Of a DNA stretch of 64,000 nucleotides, positions 43,301 through 57,011 are shown one piece after another. The notes beneath the pieces are model-generated. The model searched no databases. It saw only the letters and a program-made list of their open reading frames with translations, and was not told the origin of the DNA. Location of the stretch: the NCBI GenBank assembly GCA_964016885.1, contig OZ024756.1:16616001-16680000 (forward strand), written 5' to 3'. How positions within the stretch are numbered: position 1 is the first letter of the stretch; every line of letters starts with the position of its first letter. Made by a program: the position numbers and the translations under genes. This stretch comes from Eledone cirrhosa (taxonomy: Eukaryota).

Positions 43301-46300
43301 AAACACCTAAACCACCAACATTAACAACATTACGAGCTACACCAACACCAACAATATCGACATCATGACCAACAACACCACCACCACCACCAACAATATC
43401 AACACCTACATAAACACCAACACCAACATTACCAACACCACCACCAACAACATTACCACCAACACCACCATCAACACTGTCTATTATATTTACAAAACAA
43501 GAGACAGAAGATACGAACTATTGGTTGCTTCTTCGGTGATATTTTTGATGCTCTGCTGTATACAGTTTTTATGGGAGTCAAGGGCTTTTTCCTGTTGGTC
43601 CAACATTGATGTTTCACTCTTCAATGTTAACAATCGATTCGATATTTCTCTTGAAGTACAGCCTGGACCTGCTCCTCTGAGAGAGAGAGAGAAAGAATGA
43701 GTTAAAATAAAACCAACATCAGCCCTTTTGATAATAAAAATTGTCTGAAACCATCCCTTGCTTCTATGATACAAAACTTTATTTTATAAAATGTATATAT
43801 TTATTGAAAAAACATTCCATCATAATTTTATGTTAGAACCTTTAACTCTTTAGCATTCACATTACTCTATATATATACTATTATATTTTCATAGTAAAGG
43901 CTTATCTCACAATATTGAATCTATAAGATTTCGATATTATATATTTTGAGAACAATACATTAACATCAATATGAGTGGCCAGTTACGGTCTGTTTGAACA
44001 GAAAAGAGTGAGAGAATTCTAGCCAGATATGGCCGGTTTAATGCTAAAGGTTAAGTTTTATTGCAAACCACCTGAAACCATACCTGGTTCTATGATACAA
44101 AATTGTTTATTTGGCAAGTTTTCTACAGCTGGATGCCTTTCTTATCACCAAACACTTTACAGAGTGTACTGGGTGATTATTATTATTATAATGAACATTA
44201 ATCCCACCGAGCTTAGCTTTTCCTTTCATCCTTATGGGGTGGATAAAATAAAATATCAGTAACTCACTGGGGTCGATTTATTTGACTTTCCCCTCCTGCC
44301 CAAATTGCTGGCCTTGTGCCAATAGTAGAAACAATTATTATTATTATTATTGTACTTACTTCCATTGGATACTGTTTTTAGATTTCTTCTCTATCAAACC
44401 AATTCCTTCTAGAACATTTGTGATGTCATATATCCGTCGTTTCTGTCTTACAGCCAATGTATCTGCAGCCTGTCATGGAAATTAGAGAGAGTAGAGGGAG
44501 CACTTAACCAACACCACACCACATCACACTACAACATACAACACTATACCACAACACCATACTACACCACCACAATGCACCATGTGCCATGGAAATTATA
44601 GAGTAGAGGGAGGACTTAACCAACACCACACCACACTATACACCACAGTACACCATATAACACACCACACCCTGTGTCATGGAAATTATAGAGTAGAGGG
44701 AGGACTTAACCAACACCACACTATAACACAGTACAACACACCACACCCTGTGTCATGGAAATTATAGAGTAGAGGGAGGACTTAACTAACACCATACCAC
44801 AGTACAACACCATATAACACACCACACCCTGTGTCATGGAAATTATAGAGTAGAGGGAGGACTTAACCAACACCATACCACAGTACAACACCATATAACA
44901 CACCACACCCTGTGTCATGGAAATTATAGAGTAGAGGGAGGACTTAACTAACACCATACCACAGTACAACACCATATAACACACCACACCCTGTGTCATG
45001 GAAATTATAGAGTAGAGGGAGGACTTAACCAACACCATACCACAGTACAACACCATATAACACACCACACCCTGTGTCATGGAAATTATAGAGTAGAGGG
45101 AGGACTTAACTAACACCATACCACAGTACAACACCATATAACACACCACACCCTGTCTCATGGAAATTATAGAGTAGAGGGAGGACTTAACTAACACCAT
45201 ACCACAGTACAACACCATATAACACACCACACCCTGTCTCATGGAAATTATAGAGTAGAGGGAGGACTTAACCAACACCATACCACAGTACAACACCATA
45301 TAACACACCACACCCTGTCTCATGGAAATTATAGAGTAGAGGGAGGACTTAACCAACACCATACCACAGTACAACACCATATAACACACCACACCCTGTC
45401 TCATGGAAATTATAGAGTAGAGGGAGGACTTAACACCACACCACAGTACAACATCATATAACACACCACAACACACCACACAACACCATACTGTGTGTCA
45501 TGGAAATTATAGAGTAGAGAGTGGATTAATTTAATCAACACTACACCACCATACACCACAGCATAACACAACACACCACCATACACCACACAGTGTGTCC
45601 TATGAAAATTATAGAGATGGTGGACTAACTTAACCAACAACAACACTAACATACTTGTCATACCACACCACAACCACCCAAGTGGGTTGACCGACTTCAA
45701 TATCAACACCACACCATCAACCACCCAGACTGGTCGACTAATTTCTCCAACATCACCTCATGAGTATTTCACAGATACGTGTACCTTTTAACATAATTCT
45801 CAGTCAGAATCAGTATGAAAGAATATAGGACAAGGCAGAAAAGTTTCCACCAACCCAATTTCAACTATAAGGCTTGAGTCAAGCCTATGTAAGGCTATGG
45901 TAAATGGCACTTGCCCAAGATGCCATGAAGTGGGATTCAACCTGGATCTTCATAATTGTGAAGCTAACTTTGTTGTAATGTGCATGGGAAAAACGAAAAA
46001 TAACTTACATCCCACACCTGTGTAGGTTTAGCTAGCCTGCTATATAGGTTTCTTGAGTCCCAGTTCTATCATAATGTCATTACATCTCACACGTATGAAG
46101 GTTTAGCTGGCCTCCTACAAGGTTGTACATCAGGAGGTATATTGGGTGTTTTAATGATAGGGGTCCCCGTTCTATTATGTGATTATTACATCTCACACCT
46201 ATGTAGGTTTAGCTGGCCTCTTACATGGTTGCACTTTCTAAGTTTCTGGGGTGTTTTAATGATAGGAGTCCCAGTCATAATATGTTGTTACAAATGATAG

Positions 46301-49300
46301 CTATGCAAGTTTATCTTGCCTCTTATGAGGTTGTACTTCATAGGAGGCATCTTGGGTGCTTTAATGATAAAGGCCCCAGTGATATATTGTGGTTGTTACA
46401 ACTCACACCTATGTATGTTTAGTTTGCCTCATACAAGGTTGCACTGGGTGTTTTAATATGAGTCCCAGTCATACCATGTTAGAGCTCACACACCTATGCA
46501 GATTTAGTTGGCCTCTTACAAGGTTGCACTTTCTAAGTTTCTTGGGTGTTGAGCCTCAGTCCTATCATAAAAAGCAATGTGAAATGAAATACCTTGCTTA
46601 AGAACAGGTGCCACCTCAGTTCAAGAATCAAACCCATGACCCCAGGTAACAGAATAGAATAAATGATCAAGAGGGATTTACCAAAGGAGACATGCACACA
46701 CATATACAAACTAACACAAACACACAATCATCGTTTTACGTCCATTTTCCACACTATATAGGTTAGACGAGTTGTCCTGTTGTGGGCAATGCTAGATCAG
46801 GTGACCATGTCTTGCTCATACAGAACTGATTTTGGCTTGGTTTCTACAGCTGGATGCCCTTCCTAACGCCAACCTCATTTACAGTGAGTACTGGGTGCTT
46901 ATTGTTGTGACACCTACACGACCACTTTACAGTGTGGACTGGGTTCTTTTTGTGATGACAGCTACATGACCACTTTACAGTGTGGGTTGGGTCCTTTTTG
47001 TGATGACACCTACACGACCACTTTACAGAGAGGACAGGGTGCTTTTTGTAATGACAGCTACATGACCACTTTACAGTGTGGGTTGGGTCCTTTTTGTCAT
47101 GACACCTACATGACCACTTTACAGTGTGGGTTGGGTCCTTTTTGTCATGACACCTACACGTGGGAGGGTGGGGTGGGGGCATACTGTATGTTCATATGTA
47201 CAAGATATTTCTAATACACACAAAACGTACAGGTTCTAATACATATACATACAAGCGCTAACACATACAAGGTCTTTATATAATATCTATGTACATGCAC
47301 TAACAAACACATATACAGGTTCTAATACACACATACATACAGACTGTAATACATATATACAAACCCTAACATATATTTACAAAGCCTTTATAACTACACA
47401 AGCTCTTCTATTCAATTATATCCCCAAGTCTGTGACAAAGTGTAACCCCATTAACACCCACCCCCCGCTCCACCCTCTCACTCACAAACACACCGCCCTT
47501 TCCTTCCCCACCCACATCAGGCTTGTATTAATCATATCCTTATCACTAAAGGAGCAAGAAGAGCGAAGATGAGGGGGATCAAATGCAATCTCTTTTATTG
47601 ATATTTAATTCTGCATCATCTGCATCATCATCACTGATGCCAGGTAAAGGAGGGGGTAATAAATATGAGGGAGGGAGACAGAGAGAGATAATTTCCTGAA
47701 GTGAAATACTTCTTACTTCGCCATAGTTCATTAACCACCACCACCACCACCACAACCATCACTTAAATCCCCACTGCCATCGCCATCATTTAAATCCCCA
47801 CCACCCTCACTCAACTGAATACCTTCACTAATTAAATCGATATCTTATAATTGATTATCGTTAGTATAATTTTTTTCTAATTACACACGTAATCGGCAAG
47901 ATTACCAATTTATTAAATGCTCTGACATTAACCATGAAAATCTCCGATTAAAAGAAAAAAACACACAGAGGAAGATTACAAGGACAGAAACGATAAAGTA
48001 TAGCGATGAAAACAACAAAAGAACGAGTGAAATAGTGTAGTATTTCGGTGACAGGTGATAGTTATGTCTGTTTATAACTTAGTCACCGGTGTAGATAATC
48101 CAAATGACCCTTCGTTTCATCTTACCTTATGGTAACTTGAAATCGTGTTCAGATTACCGACAGGTAAGATGAAATCGATTTCAAAATTACCACCTATTAC
48201 ATTTTCAGATTACGCCCACAAATCATTCTCCAATTTCACCACCATCATCACTACTACTACTACAACCACCAGTACAATACCACTAATACTACAAATACTA
48301 CCACCACCAGTACTATAACTACTACCACCACCACCGTCAATACTACAACTATTACCACCAGTACTACTATTGGCAGAATCGTGAAGGCGTTGGGAAAAGG
48401 GCTTTACATTCCGTGTTCAAATCAACCAGAAGCTAACTTTATTTTTCATCCTTGCGGGGTGATTAAAATAAATACCAGTCAAGTACTAGGGGTTTCATAT
48501 AATGAACTACGCCCGGCTAAAAAACATTGCTGACTTTGTGCTTAATTTAGTAAACATTATTATGAAGGGTGGTGGATTGGCAGTATCGGTAGAGGGTCGG
48601 ACGCCATGCTTTCCAGCATAGTTACGTCCCTTTACGATCTGAGTTCAAATCCCGCCGAGGCTGACTTTGCCTTTCATCCTTACGGGGTCGATAAGATAAA
48701 GTACCAGTAATGCACTGGGTATTTGCTGGCCTTGTGCCTAAAATAGAAACAATTATTATGAAGGGTAGTGTGTTAGCAGAATTGGGAGAGCGCCGGATAA
48801 AATGGTTTGCAGTGTTTAGTTTCGACTTGAAACGCAAACGAACTGTAAACAAAATATTTTTACGTAGAAAATTAAAAAAATACTGCAATTGTAAATCCCT
48901 TAACCTCTTAACAGTTGTTAATCCCTAAAGTAACATTATTACTATATATATACTTATATAAACATATCTATATATACACACACATTTTCAGGATTGCTAA
49001 CAATCTTGTTTCTCGTGTGTGTGTGTGTGTGCGTGGGGAGGGGGGTATAGAATGAATCTACCATGGGTTCTAAACATTATAATGGGGGGGGGGGGGGGGG
49101 GGAGAAACTAGGTTCAAGCTATTCACTGTGTAATATGAAAACAATTTCAAAATACACCCGGAAGATAACTTGATACGGGATAGTTTGACGTCATTACACC
49201 GCTTATCAATAATTTACTGTCCCCTTATCGACCGTTTCACCGTGACGCTCTTAATTATGTATATATTTTAGGAAGAGACTATATAGCCGGTAACAGTGCC

Positions 49301-52300
49301 AGACACCATGAGTTGTTGTCCGAGTTAAGGCAATTGTTAAGACAATTGGAAATCTTTTCCACCACCAATTGTTAAAATTATTTAGTTGTCCATTCGTAAC
49401 GTACGTTACGCTTAAGTTACATCCACGTAAATAGATAAACAGAAGGGGCTGGTGAAACGCTATAGCGATGTGCGCTGCGTCCCTTTAGGGTTTACCGGCT
49501 ACATAGCCTATTCGTATATTTTAATAATATTTTACAGCAATACGCTTTCCATTATGTATATATTATGTTGATGAAAGTTAAAAGAAAAAGATTTTTTTTT
49601 TCTTATTTATTTCACTAGCCATGTATAACATTTTAAATATGAAAAAAGGTGCATAAAAGGGAAAAAATGTATGATATACTATTTGCAAAGAAGCGAATAA
49701 AAAGTTCTTAGGAATGGAATGAGGTGGTTCATTATTGAGAATGTGCTAATCAAGCTAGTGAGGCAATCGAGAAGGATTAGAGAAGAAAAAAAATCATCCT
49801 AATGTTGGATAAATGACAGTTACGTTCCTGTATAAAATCTATGGCATTACCGAACATGAAATTAATTAAAGCCTATTATTAAATAAAAATCGAAGCTATT
49901 CGGTAAATGACGAACGAGACTATAGAATAATGAAAATATTTAAATATTTTTTTTTAATTTCGTCAATATTATCGTATTTTTCGTCATGGAAAATGTATCT
50001 CCACAAAATCCTATTTAAAAATGCAAGAATTACTGAGAAAGTTGTACGGAAACCAGGTGCGACACCACACACGCGCGCACTAAACTAGTTTTTGAAATTA
50101 GGTCGGAAATTCGTTCAGAGTTATCTCCCCTGCTAGTCATGAAAACAACCTTAAATTGTTATCAATTTTTTTTTTTTCAAATCATTTGAAGAAATTAGGT
50201 TATGCTTTTCCCTTTAATTTTATTTCATTTTTAAATTCTAAATAAAGAGGAAAATTATTTTGAGCTCATGGCTTTTTATTCAGTATTTTCTTATGCCGAA
50301 TTTTCAGTTGTGTCTTAACCGAGCGTGTGAGAGAAGTTTCACTTAGAAACCTCGAAATTTGGAAAACGTCCAAGAAAACGAGAGTTAACAATGGTATTTA
50401 CTATAACAGGATTACTTTTTATGTGGTATTTAATAATAATATTATTGTTGTTAATAACAATATTAAAGGATTAAATATTTATCCTTCATATTGGAACAAA
50501 ATCTTAAATTACACAGGGTGACTGTTATACTTATTTCATCGACCCCAGAAGATTGGATGAAATGGCGTTATTCAGGTTTTATTTCTTTCTTCAACCCAGC
50601 ACGAGTAAAAATGAACTGGATCCAAAAACGTATCGAAACCGTTCTCACGTAGCTGGCTCGGTGAGAACGTATCTTTTGCCTCAAACTTTTTTTTTTACCT
50701 GAAAAAATCCTAGAAATCTATATTTAAGCGAAAGTAAAATGAGCAGTAAATATACAGATGAAGATAATTGAAACACATGGACGTTAACTGCATATTTTCA
50801 CTGACGCATGAAATAAGATTACCGAATGTCTGTGTCTCTTTCATACACACACATATATGTAAATTAAGTATAGAAATTTCTATTTCAGATTTTCACAAAA
50901 AACTTAACGTTTTCTCTGTATGTATGTATGTATGTATGTATATATATATAAACATTTCCTCTGTATGTATATGCATATGTGTGTACACATAGACGTTCGA
51001 TTAATATTTCATTTTTAATTTAAAATTTAAATCCCAAACTATCAAACTCAAGATCACCGAGTTTATTTTACACTTCAACTACAGGAAACGAAAATTCTCA
51101 GCTAATAATATATATATATATATTATAAAGATTAACCATACTCTACAACCCAGAGTATCGTGTACTCTTGAGTAATGGTCTAACCAGTTTCAAACTGAAT
51201 CCATCCCGATTTATATATATAACTATTTGTATTTAGAGAGCTATATACGAAAGTATATGATTGCCAAATAGTTTTATACAAAGCCCAATGCGTTTACTTA
51301 GTTTTAGGTGGGAGATACGAGAGATATTCTTAAGATAAAATATACAAAAAGATAGATGTACATACAGAGCATTTTCAACCAAAGATATATACACACATAT
51401 ATATATAATACCCTCGAATGAACAAATAATTATAATTGGTTAGCGGCATTTAAATATATATAATACAGAGCAAAAAACCCTTAATCGGGAATATTAACTG
51501 AAGTAGTGGTTCCCAACCTTTTCACTTCAAAGAACACTTATTAATTTTAAAGAAATGTTCTCAGACACCATGCAACAATTACTCCCCTTCTAGATTGTTA
51601 TACGAGAAGAATGACATCTAAAAGAGAAATGTTTATATTTAGAGAAGAATAGATACTCAAGAGTGTATATATTATTATGTTTATATTTAGAGAAAAATGG
51701 ATACCCCAATAGTGTGTGTGATGTGTTTTTTTAAATTTTTATTTTTTCTAAGCACTTGGAAATTTGATAAAAGTGAAATATTTATATATTTAAAGAAGAA
51801 TGGTGTTTCAATGACGTGTGTATACTATTGTGTTTATAACAAAGTGCTTGAAATGGGTTAGAGAAGGAAAGAAATATTTATAATAGTGTTTTGTAGTTTG
51901 CTAACGAAATACTTGAAAATTTGAATTTATCTCACGACACCCTCGCTAGACTAGGAATTATATAGCTTGTACAGTCGCATGTCTATCTACCTATTTCACC
52001 GAAACATTTCATAAACATTACAGAAAAGGAAAATTTTTGTGCTCATTTTTTACTTTTATCTTTCGTTTTAAGTCTCTTGTAATTATCACAGAAATTCAAC
52101 AGTATCTGTACAAAATGAAATACATTAGAGATTATTCATTACCCAACTTAAGGACAAATTTCTGGGAGGTTTAGGAGACTTAGAAACGAAAGAATGCCAC
52201 CATGCAGTTCCTTGAAATATTTTGTTTTTAAATAAAATGATTAAAATTATCTATGATATATATATATGTGTGTGTGTGTGTATTAGTCTAAACTAAAATA

Positions 52301-55300
52301 TCTTCCCAATACGACCTCCACACAGAAGAAATACCTTCAGTGTGGCCTGTCACACAACTCTTTATAGTTAATTATTAAATTATTATTATCATACTCGCAG
52401 ACATTATGAAAATCAAATCCCGCCGAGGTTATCTTTGCCTTTCATCCTTACGGGGTCGATAAAATAAAGTACCAGTAATGCACTGGATATGTGCTGGCCT
52501 TGTGCCTAAAGTAGAAACAATTATGAAAATTGTCTTTGTAATGTCACCTCAGTCGTTGCCCTTCTGACCCCAAAAAAATCATCCCTACGGGATCGATAAA
52601 ATAAAGTACCAGTCACGCACTGGGGTTGATTTAATCGACTTTCCCCTCCCCTAAAATTGCTGGCCTTGTGCCTATATAAGTAACTATTATTAGTAGTAGT
52701 AGTGTGAGAAATGGCCTACGTGCCGCTGTGGATATAATAACCATAGCTTGATGCTGACTATAAAGAAAGAAGTTATAGAGTGAGAAAAAAAGGGTTGAGA
52801 AACATAGTTAATGAAAGATAAGGTAAAAAAAGACAAGAAAATAGTAAATCAAAGAGAAAACAAGCTGTTCCCAGGATGTGTACACACAAACAAGAGACAT
52901 ATGGGGAAAGAAACAGAAAATGTTAAAGAGAAAACGAGTTAACCCTTTTGAAAATCACTTGGTGAAAATCACTTCTGCTTCTAATAAAGAAAAAAAACCC
53001 ATTCGTTATTTAAATTAAAACCTTACAACATAATTTTATATAAGAACCATATGTTAAGATGTGTTACAAATACAATGTTAAGAATATAATAATTCATAAT
53101 TTTTAGTAAATCTCTCCAAACTTTTCATTACTTAATTAAAATACGAGTGAGTGTATTTCTTTCTAGAAATATTATGAAAGGATAAAGTTTGAGAGAGAGA
53201 AAGGAAGAAAGAGTAACTAATAGAAAAAAAGAGAAGATTAATAGTGATAACAAGGGTGATCTATAGATAGAAGAGTTGTGAACTCAGTGGAACTAAGAGC
53301 AAAATAGAAAGCAAGATATTGATACTCGGGGAGAGAGAAGTAATAAAGAACGGAGTAAAATGTGAAAGAGAGGGGAAAGAGAAATAGGACGAGAAAGAAA
53401 GCAACTATTTGGTTTATTTTGATATTTTATGTGTAAAACGCGTGGCTTAGTGGTTTAGGTGTTTGGCTCAGGTGATGCGTTGAGTCCTTGAGCAAGACAC
53501 TATTTCCCACTGCTCCAGTTAACTCAGCTGGAAAGAATTGAGTTGTACTTCTATTTCGAAGGGCCAGCCTCGTCATACACTGTGTCAAACTGAATCTCCC
53601 TGAGAACTACATTAAAGGTACGTGTCTGTGGAATGCTCAGTCACTTGCACTCTAATACAAGATAGACTGTACCTGTAATTCAAAGGGACTGCCTTGTCAC
53701 ATTGTCATGCTGAATCTCCCCGAGAACTACGTTAAGGGTACATGAGTTAGTGGAATGCTCAGTCCCCTGAACTACAAAAGTTGGACAAGATACTTATAAT
53801 TCAAAGTGTCAGTAATGTCATGCTGAATCTTCCTGAGAACTACGTTAAGGTTTATACATATCTGTGCACGTTAATTTCACAAGCTGAGTGACAGTTCAAT
53901 TAACTGGAACACTCGTCATCGTAACTGACGGAAATCCAATAGTAAATTCCCAGAACCAACACGAGAATGTTGGTGGTGGTGTTGAAATAAGGGTAGAAGT
54001 ACGAGGGTCGACTGAAAAGTTCAAAGGCTGACCAAGATACTCTCATGGAACGACCAAATGAGGTTTATATTTCAACAGAGTCCCTAGAAAGAAACGATGC
54101 AGTTATTAATAAGAGTTGGAATTAATGCATGCAAGATTCCACAGCCCTAGCATTACTCTTTCATAATCAGCCTATGACCAAGATACTCTCATGGAATGAC
54201 CAAATGAGGTTTATATTTCAACAGTCCCGAGAAAGAAACGAGGCTGTTATTAATAAGAAAAGTTGAAATTAATACATGCAAGATTCCACAGCCCTAGCAT
54301 TACTCCTTCAAAGTCAGCCTATGAACTTTTCAACTAACCCTACTACCCACAACCACATGCTCACTCCAGATATCAAACCAACTTAGAACCAGTAAATTAA
54401 TTGATTATTTTAATGTTTCTTGTTTTGTTTTGTTTTTCTTCCTTTTAAGTTTTCTTTTATTATAAACTACAAAAAAAAATCTTTCAGTTCAGGGAGGCTA
54501 CGAAAAAATTCAACAAAAAATTTAAATTTTTTTTTAGTGGCCTTTGGGCATTTTTTTTTCACCTTTTTAAACTTATGCTTCTGTTGCCCCTTGTCTTCTT
54601 TTTGTTTTTCTTTCTCTCTTGCTTTTGTTTCTTAACTATAAGGGATACTAACTAGACATCTCTCTATAGCCTGTTATGGCTTACTGGCTTCCGTAATTAG
54701 ACTGCAGACTTTCGACTATATCGACCCTAGTACATTTTTCTTTTCAAGTCTAGTAATTATTTTGCCGATCTTTTTTTTTTCTTAGCCGTTGTGACGGGGC
54801 ATATAGGAAAATGAAAAAAAAATCTCGTCCGCTTCACCGGATTCATTGCGTCCATATGATAAGATTAAGAGTTCCTCGTCGGTTCGTGTGTATGTATGTG
54901 TACATGCATACATGACATACATATGCATACAAACACACGACATACATAATTATTTTCATTTACAGAAATTACCGGAAGTTGTATATATTAAAAAGGAGGT
55001 TTTCAATAGTTATTTTATATAAGGCCAAACCGATAATAAAATATCTCTCTATTTATTAAACATATTAAATACCGCATACGTGTTTGCGTTTTCCTGTTTC
55101 TTTCTCTCCCATAATTTAGCTGTCCGACAAAAAGAAACCGATAAAATAAGTACCAGACTGGGAGAAGAACAAAAATGGTACTTGTGCCGATATGATCTAT
55201 TAAAACCCCTCGAAGGTGGTGCCCTAGCAAGGCCACAGTCGAATGACTGAATCCAGCAAATGAATGAAAAGTCTAAATTGGTTATTTGCTCTCAATTTAT

Positions 55301-55446
55301 TTCATATATATATAAGTGAGAAAGCACACGGGTATATTTAAAGCTTTTTTTTTTCTTAAAAACGACAGAATGGATATTTTTATAACTGTTACATTAAATG
55401 GATTTAAGTTTTGTCAAATATTACCGGCTTCGATCGGTATGTCAAT

Positions 55447-55486
<40 letters not shown>

Positions 55487-56968
55487 GAAGGAAGTGTGGT
55501 AAGGAACCAGGTGGACCATAACGCACCAGAGTACTCAATACTTAGGGTAGTAGAGTGGGTAATAGGAAAATGTTCAAGACCCCGACGGCAGAGCTCAAGC
55601 CGTTTCGACGGCTAGAGCTGTGCCGTCGGGGTCTTGAACTTTTTCCTATATATATATATATATATATAATAAAGTGTCGGGACCCAACGGTTGAGTTCTT
55701 ATACATACACATATATATACGAGTGTTTTAAATACCTATGTAGATAAAATATTCAGACATTAACTGAATGTGCATAACAATTATGTGAGCAGAGCACATA
55801 CGGTAAATATTTTTATGATAAACTTAAAAGTAATTTCAAACACGCGACATGGCAGAAAAATGTAATTTACCGTCACATTTCGCCTGCATACAAAATGCAT
55901 CATTTTAAGTTATATACGAGGTGTCCCCTAAAATGTCTACACAGCATTCTAACAAAAATGTGTATACATTTTTATGACACACCCTGTATATGCGTGTGGG
56001 GTGCCGAGGGGGTAACCACAATTAAAGAAGGTACTCAATGTTGGTAGAGTATAGGCATCTTTATTATATATTTAAAAAATAACTTTTATAGGGTTAGAAT
56101 AGTTTCATTCGCGTGAAATCAAAACATTCCTGATGATTTCATTCGAATGAAACAGTTCTAGTCCTGTAGAAGTGTAATTTTTATATATAATTGTTTCTAC
56201 TTTTGGCACAAGGCCAGAAATAACTCAGTGCATTACTGGTACTTTATTTTATCGACAACCGTAAGGATGAAACGCAAAGTTAACCTCGGCATATCATATA
56301 TACAGGGTGTCCCTAAAAAATGTATACTCACTTCAACAGCATTCTAATAAATGTGTATGCATTTTTGGGGGACACCTTGTAAGTATGTGTGTGTGTGTAT
56401 GTGTAACGTTTATCACGATCGTACAGCCCCATGCGATGAAGTGGCGGAAGCCCGAGAGAGGAATAGCATACATATACCTTTAAAGTGAATCAAATAGGAT
56501 ATATTAAGAAACAAAATAGGAGAATGAAGTGCCTGTCGGAGTTTGTGAAAAAATAAGGGGAGACACGTGCATGAATTAAAAAGATTAAATCGAGTGTAAG
56601 GAAAGGCTGAGGAGGGAGCACAAGGACTAAGGAGCAATAAACACTAAAATAGAACACGTTTGTATGTGTGTGTGTGTGTATGTATATATATATATATATA
56701 ATGTGTGTGTATACTATTTTTGCCTTTGTGAGTATGTGCGTATATATATATGACTGGCACTCCGTCGGTTACGAAGAGTGTTCTATTTAATCCGATCAAC
56801 GGAACAGCTTGCTCGAGAAATTAACGTGCAAGTGGCTGAGCATTCCACAGACACGCCTACCCTTAACGTAATTCTCAGGGAGATTCAGCGTGACACAGAA
56901 TGTGACAAGGCTGGCCCTTCGAATTACAGGCACAACTCATTTTTGTCAGCTGATGTATGTATGTATAT

Positions 56969-57011
<43 letters not shown>

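Noticed and set aside
44721-45479. 252 aa ORF with 27-aa repeats
   Set aside because: Translation of the 81-bp acceptor-derived minisatellite
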